Positions 1 to 8,740 of a stretch of 64,000 nucleotides of DNA are shown one piece after another. Every line of letters begins with the position of its first letter. Position 1 is the stretch's first letter. The notes below the pieces were generated by a model. That model had not been told where the DNA came from. It saw only the letters and a program-made list of their open reading frames with translations, and made no database searches. The position numbers were made by a program, and so were the translations under genes. This DNA comes from a virus: positions 4,337 to 68,336 of the IMG/VR virus record IMGVR_UViG_3300009104_000016; one strand, 5' to 3'.

Positions 1-747
1 TCTAACCTTTCGGCAAATGTGGATTCCGTATACGAAGGAAGCTACCTGCGAGTAGGCAGCGACTTTCGTAGAGTAGCTCTGTTCAGCGGAACTACTGCTT
101 ATTTGACGGCACCCTGGCAACACGCTTCCGAAACGAGCGCGTCCATGACGCTTTACCATTCTTGTCACCGTCTGGATAGGGAAGTAATAGACGTGGAAGG
201 AGCTCCCGAGGCAGTAGGCTTCGGGCCACTTTCAGCCATCAGCTCACCAGAGCAGGAAGTACGTACACGAGCCTCCTATGCGTACGACTTTGCACCTTCC
301 CCGGGGATGTCCGGAGTACTCCCTTCCATAAAATACAACGGCAACGACTTCCAAATAGACAACCCTCTTTTCTATTACATCGACAACTCCGATCTTCTCC
401 ATTCTTCCGATAGTTCGGATCTGGCGAGTGCGGATGCCACCGCTGTTCGTTGCCGCTTCTCCGTATACCCTCTCCCCAGGGAGGATGTGTCCATAAGGTT
501 GAGAGCTAATATACTCCCCACGGAACTTACCAACGACGGAGACAGAGTCCGTCTCCCGGGTAACGTAACTTGGGATATCATGTTCCCCATAGCTCAAGCC
601 AAGCTGGCTTTGACGGATCCTAGGTACAACGGAGACAACAAGGAAATGATTCGGGAGTCGGCGAATGAGGCTAAGATGCGTTTGAATACCTTGAGCAATC
701 CCCAGAAACAAAAGACGTTCCGTATGAAACGTCGAGCGGGTTGGTGA
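1..747 (+). CDS. Virion structural protein, 5'-truncated (possible head-tail adaptor / tail tubular protein A)
   Basis: Frame is open from base 1 to TGA at 747. It is the first of a tightly packed run of + strand tail genes. Function is inferred from context only. Confidence 0.55.
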   Translation, partial: SNLSANVDSVYEGSYLRVGSDFRRVALFSGTTAYLTAPWQHASETSASMTLYHSCHRLDREVIDVEGAPEAVGFGPLSAISSPEQEVRTRASYAYDFAPSPGMSGVLPSIKYNGNDFQIDNPLFYYIDNSDLLHSSDSSDLASADATAVRCRFSVYPLPREDVSIRLRANILPTELTNDGDRVRLPGNVTWDIMFPIAQAKLALTDPRYNGDNKEMIRESANEAKMRLNTLSNPQKQKTFRMKRRAGW

Positions 748-748
748 T

Positions 749-2041
749 ATGCCCAGCGACCTCAAGATTAGACCTATAGGGCGTCCCCAAATAGGGGAAG
801 ACAGCGCTCTTGGTTACCGAAAGCTTACTCGAAGATACGCAGTCGAAGGTCCTCGCGTAGCCAAAGACCAGATAGGCGATAGGCAAGTTCATGCAAGTTC
901 CGACTTGTTCAGGAAAGTAGGCGAGGTTGACGAAGAGTTCGATGATTTCTTTTTAGTAAACCAACAAGTGGAGCCTTCCGCTTCCGTAGATAAAGCCCAT
1001 CTTTCGCGCACCTATATACAATTTAGAAACTCTTGGTTTGGGGAAAGCATATCGGAGAATAGAGATCTTCGAAGATTATCCCGCCGCTATATGGTCCTGA
1101 AGCAAGAGGAATCGGAACTTCCAGCCAAGGCTCAAGGATTGGGATATCCCAGCGCCTCTTGGTTGCGGCATCCCTCCAGCTCCAACTTCGATCCTATGGG
1201 TAATTCCACGGAACCTTGGGATATGAAACCTTCCATGATCCAAAGACCGGATCCCCTCTCCGATGGTGTGTTGAACGCAGCGGCGAACCACCCGTATGGA
1301 AGCGCTACTGCTACCCTCGAGAGTCTTTTACTTAGCTCTCAATATACGCAATCCAGTAAACTTTGGTCTTGGGTGGAGGGGAGTGCGCAGGTAGATACTT
1401 CAAATCCGGGCTTCGACGTATGGAATGTGTCCTGGGTGGCTCCTTCCGCAGGTTACTGGGCCTCCGGCTCGGCGGCAGGCGGGGGTGATAACCCGATTAT
1501 AGTATACTTCAGCCAAGACGGATTGAAAATAAGGCCCGTGACTTCCGGAAGTTTGAAGACCGTGGCGAATTTTACTTTCTTTTACGTGGGACCTGCTCTC
1601 CCTCAGGCGTTGGCGGGGCTCGGAGGCAACTCTATACCGTATGTTTCCTTTGATCTTAAAATGTTAAGCGGAAGAGAGGGAAGCGGAGGCATAACACGCG
1701 TGTTCAAGAACGCCGTGTTCGACTACGCCAATAACACCAAGGCCACTATGGATTGGGACGGCCACCAAGTAGCTGCAAAATCCGGCTATGGCTATGGAAG
1801 CGGAGATCTAATATTTAATTTCGACGCAGGCCCTCCTGTATTAGGTACGGGAACTGTCCCTCAATGGACTAAGACCGTGAGGTATCAAGGGCGCGAAATG
1901 ACGACTGTCGCCGGTATCATTTCATGGAGCCACCTTTACCACGAAAACACTGCCGGGAGTAATCTAATCAGAACGGCTGTTTCGCCCGTTCATTCCTACA
2001 GGGGGAATCACATATGGCGGATCAGCTTGACCTATGGTTGA
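749..2041 (+). CDS. Putative tail/virion structural protein (430 aa)
   Basis: Long ORF starting 1 nt after the upstream stop. Gly/Ser/aromatic beta-rich C-terminus. Confidence 0.65.
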   Translation: MPSDLKIRPIGRPQIGEDSALGYRKLTRRYAVEGPRVAKDQIGDRQVHASSDLFRKVGEVDEEFDDFFLVNQQVEPSASVDKAHLSRTYIQFRNSWFGESISENRDLRRLSRRYMVLKQEESELPAKAQGLGYPSASWLRHPSSSNFDPMGNSTEPWDMKPSMIQRPDPLSDGVLNAAANHPYGSATATLESLLLSSQYTQSSKLWSWVEGSAQVDTSNPGFDVWNVSWVAPSAGYWASGSAAGGGDNPIIVYFSQDGLKIRPVTSGSLKTVANFTFFYVGPALPQALAGLGGNSIPYVSFDLKMLSGREGSGGITRVFKNAVFDYANNTKATMDWDGHQVAAKSGYGYGSGDLIFNFDAGPPVLGTGTVPQWTKTVRYQGREMTTVAGIISWSHLYHENTAGSNLIRTAVSPVHSYRGNHIWRISLTYG

Positions 2042-3119
2042 TCAAAACCCAGACCCTTTCGAATTCGATAGGCTCAAGGACGAGGTAAAGAATTTATCTC
2101 GCGAAGTCGAGGAGTTGAAAGACTCCGCAAAAGAAGAGAGCCAAGACGATTCCGGACTGACGTACGATACTCCCCCTTTTCAATCATGGGGGCGAGCGCC
2201 CGTAGTGCACTACCACGGAGATCTCAACGCGAGCGCCAAGACATTTAACGGAAACGTTACCCCGACAATAGACGATTACGCTGCTTTGAGAAAAGCTTTC
2301 GAGGCCTACACTCTCAGCGCATACACGTCAGGTATAGACGTTCAGCACGGAGATACGATCGTAGGGACGATAGGAGACAGCGGCGAGACCCGCGTTTACT
2401 GCCTAGTAACTTTCCTCGATACGGCAGGGCTTCAACCACAAGCAGGTTACCAAGTCGACGGAGGACTCCCCTACAAAGGACAAGCCTTTTGGAGCTATCA
2501 CCTATGGTCCTCATCTGCTGGCGAAGGATCCGATTGCGAATGTACTAGCTTTCCTCTCGCAGGCTCCTCGTCTAAGGCAACGGGAGACTGCTATTCCTTT
2601 GAAGTACTAACCGACCTTGGTACTCAGAGCGGCGGCAGTGGGGTAGCAATCAATCTGGTGCCGAAGAAACGAGTCGTGAAGGTAGATAAGTGCGGCAATA
2701 TCGTGGAAATCGGAGCACCTACCGATGATACGCCCATACCAATCCCTTGCTGTGAGGGAGGAGAACCGCTTCCACCATGCGCAACAGCAGATCCAACTTT
2801 AAACGGGTATGAGTGGCCTGCGCAACTTACCGTTGAAACCGACGACCTCCCGGGATGCACGACGGATAGCGGAATACCCAACACTCTTGTGCTAGATCCA
2901 TTCGGCTTATGCCGTTACGTTGACGCCTCACTCACCAACAACTTTATAGTGGCTCCAGATCCTGCTAATGACAGGTGGCGTATACCCAGCGCCGGCCGGG
3001 ATTGGCACAGCGGTGGCGAAGTGTTGGTTAAAGCGGGGCGGGGCAGCCCAAAGGGCGAATATACAGCTCCCGGGCAAGGAGCATGCACCGGCGAAACTTT
3101 AAAAATCACCATATCATGA
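2034..3119 (+). CDS. Cys-rich putative tail fibre/adhesin protein (361 aa)
   Basis: N-terminal coiled coil (LKDEVKNLSREVEELK) and many Cys. The C-terminal domain ending PKGEYT...KITIS resembles that of 3274..5244. Confidence 0.6.
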   Translation: MVDQNPDPFEFDRLKDEVKNLSREVEELKDSAKEESQDDSGLTYDTPPFQSWGRAPVVHYHGDLNASAKTFNGNVTPTIDDYAALRKAFEAYTLSAYTSGIDVQHGDTIVGTIGDSGETRVYCLVTFLDTAGLQPQAGYQVDGGLPYKGQAFWSYHLWSSSAGEGSDCECTSFPLAGSSSKATGDCYSFEVLTDLGTQSGGSGVAINLVPKKRVVKVDKCGNIVEIGAPTDDTPIPIPCCEGGEPLPPCATADPTLNGYEWPAQLTVETDDLPGCTTDSGIPNTLVLDPFGLCRYVDASLTNNFIVAPDPANDRWRIPSAGRDWHSGGEVLVKAGRGSPKGEYTAPGQGACTGETLKITIS

Positions 3120-3277
3120 GCGAAACTCCAAAGAAGCAACAGTCCAAGGGACTGGGCGACACAATTAAGAAGATCACCGACAAGATGGGAGTCAAGCAAT
3201 GCGGGGGATGCAGAAAGAGACAAAATAAACTCAACCGGTTGTTTCCATACAAACCTAAGCCTAAGGTAGAGGAATGA
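3116..3277 (+). CDS. Small basic CxxC protein (GLGDTI...CGGCRKRQNKLN type, common in environmental phages)
   Basis: ATGA overlaps at both ends (3116-3119 and 3274-3277). 53 aa. Confidence 0.75.
   Translation: MSETPKKQQSKGLGDTIKKITDKMGVKQCGGCRKRQNKLNRLFPYKPKPKVEE
3232..3267 (+). promoter_or_regulatory. Late-promoter motif: CAACCGGTTG overlapping -35 (TTGTTT), 17 nt, then TAAGGT
   Basis: One of six copies of the palindrome. It ends 32 nt before ATG 3274. Confidence 0.55.
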
Positions 3278-5244
3278 GATGGTTTCGCGTACCAGCTTTT
3301 ACGGGCATCCAAGCCGCAGCCGATGACGCCGATCGGGGTACTCTTCGTATTTGCGAAGGCTGTCTTCCTCTAGGGCCGGGGGGACTGCGCTCGGCGCCTG
3401 TTTGGGATGCGGTGGGAACCGCCGATAATTTGTCGAGTTCGTCTTGGAATTATCTTTCCGGGTCTGATGACGGCAAAGGAAACTCTGTAGTATGGGCAAG
3501 CCGTTTCGGCGAAGTTCATGATGTAAAGGTATTCTCTTCGGCAAATACGGACCTCGTCCTTTTGCCGGCAGGTTACGGCGTATCCGTAGGATCTCTGTAC
3601 CAGCAAGACAAGGCTTGCATGTCTGCGATAGGTAACCGAATGGTAGCCTTCGGAGATGGATCCGCTGAAGCTCTTTCGGCTGGTAAGGGACCTCCCACCG
3701 CTATTGTACAGATAGCTCCCGATAATAAGATATACCACCAAGAGTACTCTCGCTTTCCCAATTGTAAGTTTTATATACAAGGGCCCCGCAAGACCTTGTT
3801 CGCCTCAGGTAACAAGAACAACCCCCTGAAAGTATATATTTCGGAACCTGCCGGGCTGACGCAGCCGCACAGGGACTCGCTTTACTCATCCGAGGCCACG
3901 GGCAGCGTTGATCTTTTGATGACGGATGCTTCCGAAATAACGGCTCTCTCCTCTCTCGGCAATAACGTAGCCGTTCATACCGACGCAGGTATCTTTCTAC
4001 TATCCCCATCCAACCCTGACCAAGCAAGTTCCGGTTACAGGGTAGAGCAAGCACCTACTTCCGTAGCCTCGGCGGCCGTTAACTTGCAGGTGGTAGCCGG
4101 GGAAGACGGAACCCAACCGTACTATCTCGGTTTCGACGGACAGATCTGGAAGGATCCGGCTGGGCCCGGAAGTGAACAGAAGCATACTTACGCAGACCCC
4201 GTACAAGCTTCGGCGAAAGCCAAAGGACGCTGGGATGTAGATCATCCTATTGACCTTTCGGATTCGTTCTCCGCTTACGAGCCGGAGACGGGAATGTACT
4301 GGGTGTATATGAAAACCAAGGAATGGGAGGAATACCAAAGTACCCTCCCACCCAGCGTACCTGGGTCTATCTCTGCCGTAGCAGCTCCGGGAGCGCCCTC
4401 CACGATAAGCGCAGCCCTCCCTCCACAGGCCCCTTCGGGGATATCCGCACTGTCTTCTCCCGGAAAACCTTGGCTGGTATCCGCCTTGGCGGAACCGGGG
4501 GCACCTTCTTCAATTTCTGCTACGGTCGTTGGGGGTACGATCGTGGCGCCGGGGGCGCCTTCAGGTATTAGTGCTCTTGCACAACCTGGGGCGCCTTCCG
4601 GCATTAGTGCTCTTGCACAACCCGGAGCACCTTCAAGCATCAGTGCCGTGCTTGCGACACAAGCGCCGGGAGCTCCTTCTAATATCTCTGCCTTGGCGGA
4701 ACCGGGAGCTCCCTCGGCTATCTCTGCCCTGGCGGAACCGGGAGCACCTTCGAATATTTCGGCAGTACACCAAGTACAGGTACCGGGAGCACCTTCTAGT
4801 ATCTCTGCCTTGGCGGAACCGGGAGCTCCCTCGGCTATCTCCGCCACATTCCAGTGCGACGCCGCCAACCCATGCGACGTAACGGCATCCAACCCAGCTA
4901 CGGTAAATGTGAACCTTACATGGTTGACAGTATCCGCTACAGGCACGCTCATCTGGCAGGGCAACAACCCATTCGGAGCCACTTGGGGGCACGGAGGCTG
5001 GGAGGGCACTCTAAACATAAATACCGGAGGAACCCATTCCTGCATATTGGAACCCGTGCCGCAAGTGGGGCAACAAACGTTACTGAAAATCTCTTTCGCT
5101 ACTGGCGGCGGCGGCGTAGCTTGGAAGACTCTGGTCAAGGACTGGTCCGGCGTTCCCAATAACTGCGCTGCCCTCCGCTGCAAACCCTACGGAACTTACA
5201 CTTTAACTGAATTTAATATCAACTACGTCGCAATAGTGTCTTAA
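3274..5244 (+). CDS. Tail nozzle/stabilisation-like protein, N-terminal half, with 13 PGAPSxISA repeats and a Cys-rich C-terminal domain
   Basis: N-terminus MRWFRVPAFTGI...LRS and propeller-like strands resemble podovirus gp10/tubular-B proteins. The domain stops at YWVYMK, just before the repeat array. Confidence 0.65.
   Translation: MRWFRVPAFTGIQAAADDADRGTLRICEGCLPLGPGGLRSAPVWDAVGTADNLSSSSWNYLSGSDDGKGNSVVWASRFGEVHDVKVFSSANTDLVLLPAGYGVSVGSLYQQDKACMSAIGNRMVAFGDGSAEALSAGKGPPTAIVQIAPDNKIYHQEYSRFPNCKFYIQGPRKTLFASGNKNNPLKVYISEPAGLTQPHRDSLYSSEATGSVDLLMTDASEITALSSLGNNVAVHTDAGIFLLSPSNPDQASSGYRVEQAPTSVASAAVNLQVVAGEDGTQPYYLGFDGQIWKDPAGPGSEQKHTYADPVQASAKAKGRWDVDHPIDLSDSFSAYEPETGMYWVYMKTKEWEEYQSTLPPSVPGSISAVAAPGAPSTISAALPPQAPSGISALSSPGKPWLVSALAEPGAPSSISATVVGGTIVAPGAPSGISALAQPGAPSGISALAQPGAPSSISAVLATQAPGAPSNISALAEPGAPSAISALAEPGAPSNISAVHQVQVPGAPSSISALAEPGAPSAISATFQCDAANPCDVTASNPATVNVNLTWLTVSATGTLIWQGNNPFGATWGHGGWEGTLNINTGGTHSCILEPVPQVGQQTLLKISFATGGGGVAWKTLVKDWSGVPNNCAALRCKPYGTYTLTEFNINYVAIVS
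4351..4845 (+). repeat. Coding repeat array: 13 x P(G)APSxISA, mostly 36-nt units
   Basis: Counted directly in the translation. DNA units such as atctctgccttggcggaaccgggagctccctcggct recur. Confidence 0.95.
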
Positions 5245-5246
5245 TA

Positions 5247-5282
5247 CAACCGGTTGAAAATCACCATAAAAACTAGGAAATT
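5247..5282 (+). promoter_or_regulatory. Late-promoter motif: CAACCGGTTG / -35 TTGAAA, 17 nt, then GAAATT
   Basis: Lies in the 44-nt gap before the stand-alone FN3 gene (ATG 5289). Confidence 0.65.
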
Positions 5283-5288
5283 CTAACA

Positions 5289-5573
5289 ATGGCTACAGTA
5301 AATATACAATGGAATGTCGGTACGGGGACCATAGACAATTATGAGCTCTTCTGGAAGGTCGATGCAACTCAAGCTAATAAGGACAACGGCTTTGACGCAG
5401 CGGGAGGCGGCACTTTAATAACCGTCGCTGGGAATGCTAACACGCACACGCATGCTAACGCTCCCGATGGCTCTAACATTTCTTATTGCGTTCGCGCAAA
5501 GAACTCAGCGGGTGAAAGTGACTTCGCTTCAGGCGACACTGCAGGGAAATCTGACACCGTAACGACTCCTTAA
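5289..5573 (+). CDS. Stand-alone FN3-like domain lacking strand A
   Basis: VNIQW (B strand Trp), YELFW (C strand Tyr), ISYCVRAKNSAGES (F strand Y.VRA.N..G.S) and TVTTP (G strand). Only 3 residues precede strand B. Confidence 0.8.
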   Translation: MATVNIQWNVGTGTIDNYELFWKVDATQANKDNGFDAAGGGTLITVAGNANTHTHANAPDGSNISYCVRAKNSAGESDFASGDTAGKSDTVTTP

Positions 5574-5595
5574 CTCCCGGTGACGGGGCCTTACC

Positions 5596-7692
5596 ATGCC
5601 ACCAGGCGCTCCCTCGGGGATCAGTGCATGCGTTAGCCAGCCGATCACTGTTACAAACGCCCCGGAAGGCTCGCTTAACGGGACTTATCAATTTGACGCT
5701 GTTACCGATGCTTGGGTTAACCAAAACAACGTACAGTGGTCTATCCAAAAAGTATGGTGGGACGCCAACGCCTTGGGCACGGGCAACGCTGCCGGCAATT
5801 ACTGGACGGTAGTATTTGATCCGGATGCGGGGGTAGCTCCTCCTCCCGGGGCTATACCCATAGGTAAACTGTGGTACCCCACTTTAATCGATGACCCCTT
5901 TCCGGGCAGCACCGCTCAAAACAATGGGTGGTCCTTCATCAACGACAAGCACGCGAATCGGTGGCCTTTTTACCCCAACCATAAGGTTTTAGTGGAAAGG
6001 TTCGACGCTTCCAACCCCCCTCAATTCATAGATTCAGTTGAAATCGCTGGAGATATAGAAAACGACGGGGAATGGGCGGACACTGTTCTAGGTTCGCCAC
6101 CCTCCATGGCGGAAATCTTTCGGGCGGCTATGTGGGAATTCGGGTCACCTAAATGCTACTCGTTGACCGCAACGATTCCCCAATTTAACCCGCACGGCAG
6201 CGTTTTCCTGCCCAGTTATCAAACGTCCGCAGCCGTAGGTAGTATTAATCCAGTGGGTTCATCCAACGTAATGCTCGGAGGCTGGAACAGTTCGAATGCA
6301 GGCGCATGCACAGCCCAAAGCTTAAACGATCTTTGGGGCAATTCCGCCAACTCCTACGATAACGGGGGCGTCAAGATGGACTACACCCGTACGTGGAATG
6401 ACGGGACAACCTATAATTTCAAGCTCACCCTACAAGAGCCTTTCAATCTACACACGAATCGTCCGTTCAACTACCTAATGTTCGGCGATACGAACGACGT
6501 GGTCGTAATGAACAAGGTGGCCACGGCATTCCCGTACCCCGGCGGTAAGTGGAGTGCTCCTTTTATGTACATAGCCTCCGCTTTGGAAGCTTCCGTGGCG
6601 TGGGACTTCTCCATCGGACCTCTCGCCAACAGTCCCTGCCCTCCCTCAGAGGGGTGGTTCGGGGTGGGGAATATTCCGGGGGTTCCTTCTAATATTTCCG
6701 CCGTCACCACTCCGGGAGTACCCTCCAACATTTCCGCCGTCACCACTCCGGGAGTACCCTCAAATATCTCTGCTTCCCTCGACGTAGGGGGCGTACCCGG
6801 GGTACCCTCCAACATTTCCGCAAGCGTTCTGCAAATACCGGGAGCTCCCTCAAGCGTTTCCGCTTCTTTAGCAGTTACAGTACCTGAAGCGCCTTCCAGT
6901 ATTTCGGCAAACCTCGTCACAATCCCGGGGAACCCCTCCAGTATTTCCGCAAGCTTAGTGGCAGGCGCAGTACCGGGAAACCCCTCTTCCATTTCCGCAA
7001 CGGTTGTAGAGAGGTCGTACACGGGGCGAACGCGTCCCCCAAAATACATGGGTTTTGCGTACAGCGAAATGAATCAAGAGCTAGCGGGACCGTTCTCTCA
7101 TGAAAACCTCACTGCGCTGACCTCCATACAGAACCAGAGCAACCTGCTTTGCGTAACGGAAGAGCAAGAAATCAAAAAAACCGACCTTAGGAACTACCGA
7201 GATCGCGACTTCCCCGTACCTCCATCCCTTTGGGGAGACCTCCTTACACAACCGTCAGGAGATGATTTCGTGGTGGGCAACCCAGACGGGGCTTTCATGT
7301 ACCGGGGGAGACACATATCTTCGCCTTTCGCAGATCCCGTTATGGGCGTAAACACCATAACAAATCCTTACTTCTTCACTGATGCTTACTTAGCCGTAAC
7401 CGAAACAGCGTGGATGCACTTAGGTAACGAGCACAATAATAAGCAGATACACAGGATAGACTATAACTTCTCAAAGAATTCCTTCGGCCACCTCTGGGCC
7501 TACGTTCAATCAGATTCCGAAAAAGGAAAGATCAGCGGGCAGTACAAGGGGTTGATCAAGGAAAACATGAGAGTGTTCACTAATATTCGCGGGAGAAGAT
7601 TCCGGGTAAAAACCTTCATTGTTTCGCATAAGGATCATCCGTGGAATCTTCGAGAGATGGCGGTAGGTCATCTGGTAGGTAAGTCGTTTTAG
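5596..7692 (+). CDS. Protein with an N-terminal PGAPSGISA, a beta-rich cargo region, 8 more repeats, and the C-terminal half of the nozzle-like protein
   Basis: C-terminal KYMGFAYSE...GPF, ETAWMHLGNEHNNKQIHRI and IRGRRFRVK resemble the end of gp10/tubular-B-type proteins. Confidence 0.65.
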   Translation: MPPGAPSGISACVSQPITVTNAPEGSLNGTYQFDAVTDAWVNQNNVQWSIQKVWWDANALGTGNAAGNYWTVVFDPDAGVAPPPGAIPIGKLWYPTLIDDPFPGSTAQNNGWSFINDKHANRWPFYPNHKVLVERFDASNPPQFIDSVEIAGDIENDGEWADTVLGSPPSMAEIFRAAMWEFGSPKCYSLTATIPQFNPHGSVFLPSYQTSAAVGSINPVGSSNVMLGGWNSSNAGACTAQSLNDLWGNSANSYDNGGVKMDYTRTWNDGTTYNFKLTLQEPFNLHTNRPFNYLMFGDTNDVVVMNKVATAFPYPGGKWSAPFMYIASALEASVAWDFSIGPLANSPCPPSEGWFGVGNIPGVPSNISAVTTPGVPSNISAVTTPGVPSNISASLDVGGVPGVPSNISASVLQIPGAPSSVSASLAVTVPEAPSSISANLVTIPGNPSSISASLVAGAVPGNPSSISATVVERSYTGRTRPPKYMGFAYSEMNQELAGPFSHENLTALTSIQNQSNLLCVTEEQEIKKTDLRNYRDRDFPVPPSLWGDLLTQPSGDDFVVGNPDGAFMYRGRHISSPFADPVMGVNTITNPYFFTDAYLAVTETAWMHLGNEHNNKQIHRIDYNFSKNSFGHLWAYVQSDSEKGKISGQYKGLIKENMRVFTNIRGRRFRVKTFIVSHKDHPWNLREMAVGHLVGKSF
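6676..6999 (+). repeat. Coding repeat array: 8 x PG(V/A/N)PS(N/S)ISA
   Basis: Seen in translation, including VTT-PGVPSNISA twice. Confidence 0.95.
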
Positions 7693-7999
7693 GAGGCCTA
7701 CCCGGCTTCTTGCGGTTGAAGAAACCCCCCTTACGCAACCGGGATCTGACGGTCTCCTCGGACACGGAGAGCAAACGCGCTATGGTTCCGGGATGGTATC
7801 CTTCCTCGAACCGCGCGTATATGAAACCCTCATACAGCCGAAGCCTCGTTCTAATTCTACGTTGATCGTGGGCGAAAAGGTAATTCTTGGACGAAGGTTC
7901 TGGCGTCTCATCTACAATATCTTCCTGTAAAGGCTCGGAGCCCAAGGCTCCTCGGACTTGTTCTTTAGTCAAGCCCAGCTTCGTCAAGATGTCGCTCAC
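7616..7999 (-). CDS. HTH DNA-binding protein
   Basis: GYHPGTIARLLSVSEETVRSRLRK HTH. GTG start at 7999 is coupled to the upstream TGA. It overlaps the convergent gene by 77 nt. Confidence 0.7.
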   Translation of the reverse strand: MSDILTKLGLTKEQVRGALGSEPLQEDIVDETPEPSSKNYLFAHDQRRIRTRLRLYEGFIYARFEEGYHPGTIARLLSVSEETVRSRLRKGGFFNRKKPGRPPKTTYLPDDLPPSLEDSTDDPYAKQ

Positions 8000-8241
8000 A
8001 CCTGAACCGCAGAAGCTTCCACTATACGGGGAGGCCAAGCTACAGCCCCCATGGTAGACAGCTTGGTCTTCTTCCCGAAGTCGAACTCTATCTCAAGGTT
8101 TACCTTGACCGCTTCGCCCGATTCTATGGCACACAAACGGATTTGAGGTATGAGTTGGTCCACTACTTCTATGGTCTGTTGGCAAACGAGATCAAGAGTT
8201 TCCTTCTCTATGCCTTTCTGGTCTTCTAGCCATTCTTTCAT
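7996..8241 (-). CDS. Hypothetical protein
   Basis: Probable ATG at 8241 (MKEWLEDQ). Packed in the minus-strand operon. Confidence 0.65.
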   Translation of the reverse strand: MKEWLEDQKGIEKETLDLVCQQTIEVVDQLIPQIRLCAIESGEAVKVNLEIEFDFGKKTKLSTMGAVAWPPRIVEASAVQV

Positions 8242-8255
8242 AAGCCACAATAGGG

Positions 8256-8723
8256 TTAAATGTCTAAAGGGGTGGCGCCCCTCCCGAAAACAGACCAACG
8301 TTCCCTGTACTTCTCGTACTTACCTCTCCTCCCTGCTATATGGGGGCGAAGCGACATGTTGGTTCCTGTAATTTGACCCACGGGAACTAGGTACCACGCC
8401 TTCTCGTCGATCACGTAAGCCGCAAGAATATCCACGATAGAATCCCTGAGATGGACCCTGCGGTTCTTGCACGTGGCTATGATCTTGTACGAGTAGTCCT
8501 TGCGACCGGCACGGGAGAGACTTCTGTACCCTATAACCTTCACTTGCGTGACCCTACACCTGCCGTTTGCAGGGTTCATGACGACCAGATCGTGACACGG
8601 AGGGTCTCCGTCGGGGGTGTGCGGCACATATCCCCGAGCCATACAAGCGAAACGGAACAGGACCTCACCGGCCTGCCCCTTAGGTTTCGAATGTTTATTG
8701 TTCTCCCAGCCTAATGCGGCCAC
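8256..8723 (-). CDS. PD-(D/E)XK endonuclease (PDDEXK_5-like)
   Basis: GQAGE...HDLVV...VTQVK...VDILAAY...WYLVP pattern. Confidence 0.8.
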   Translation of the reverse strand: MAALGWENNKHSKPKGQAGEVLFRFACMARGYVPHTPDGDPPCHDLVVMNPANGRCRVTQVKVIGYRSLSRAGRKDYSYKIIATCKNRRVHLRDSIVDILAAYVIDEKAWYLVPVGQITGTNMSLRPHIAGRRGKYEKYRERWSVFGRGATPLDI

Positions 8724-8740
8724 CTGACTGATACGCCCCC

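Noticed and set aside
5571-5598. Stop read-through fusing the FN3 gene to 5596
   Set aside because: ATG 5596 is in the +1 frame relative to the FN3 ORF, and I see no convincing slippery site.
4351-6999. Repeat arrays as CRISPR or DGR template/variable repeats
   Set aside because: Units are in-frame with synonymous variation and have no unique spacers or adenine-specific differences. No reverse transcriptase or cas operon is present.
4275-7049. Long minus-strand ORFs 4275..5183 and 6471..7049 with AEIxEGAPG repeats
   Set aside because: They are antisense shadows of the stop-poor repeat arrays on the + strand.
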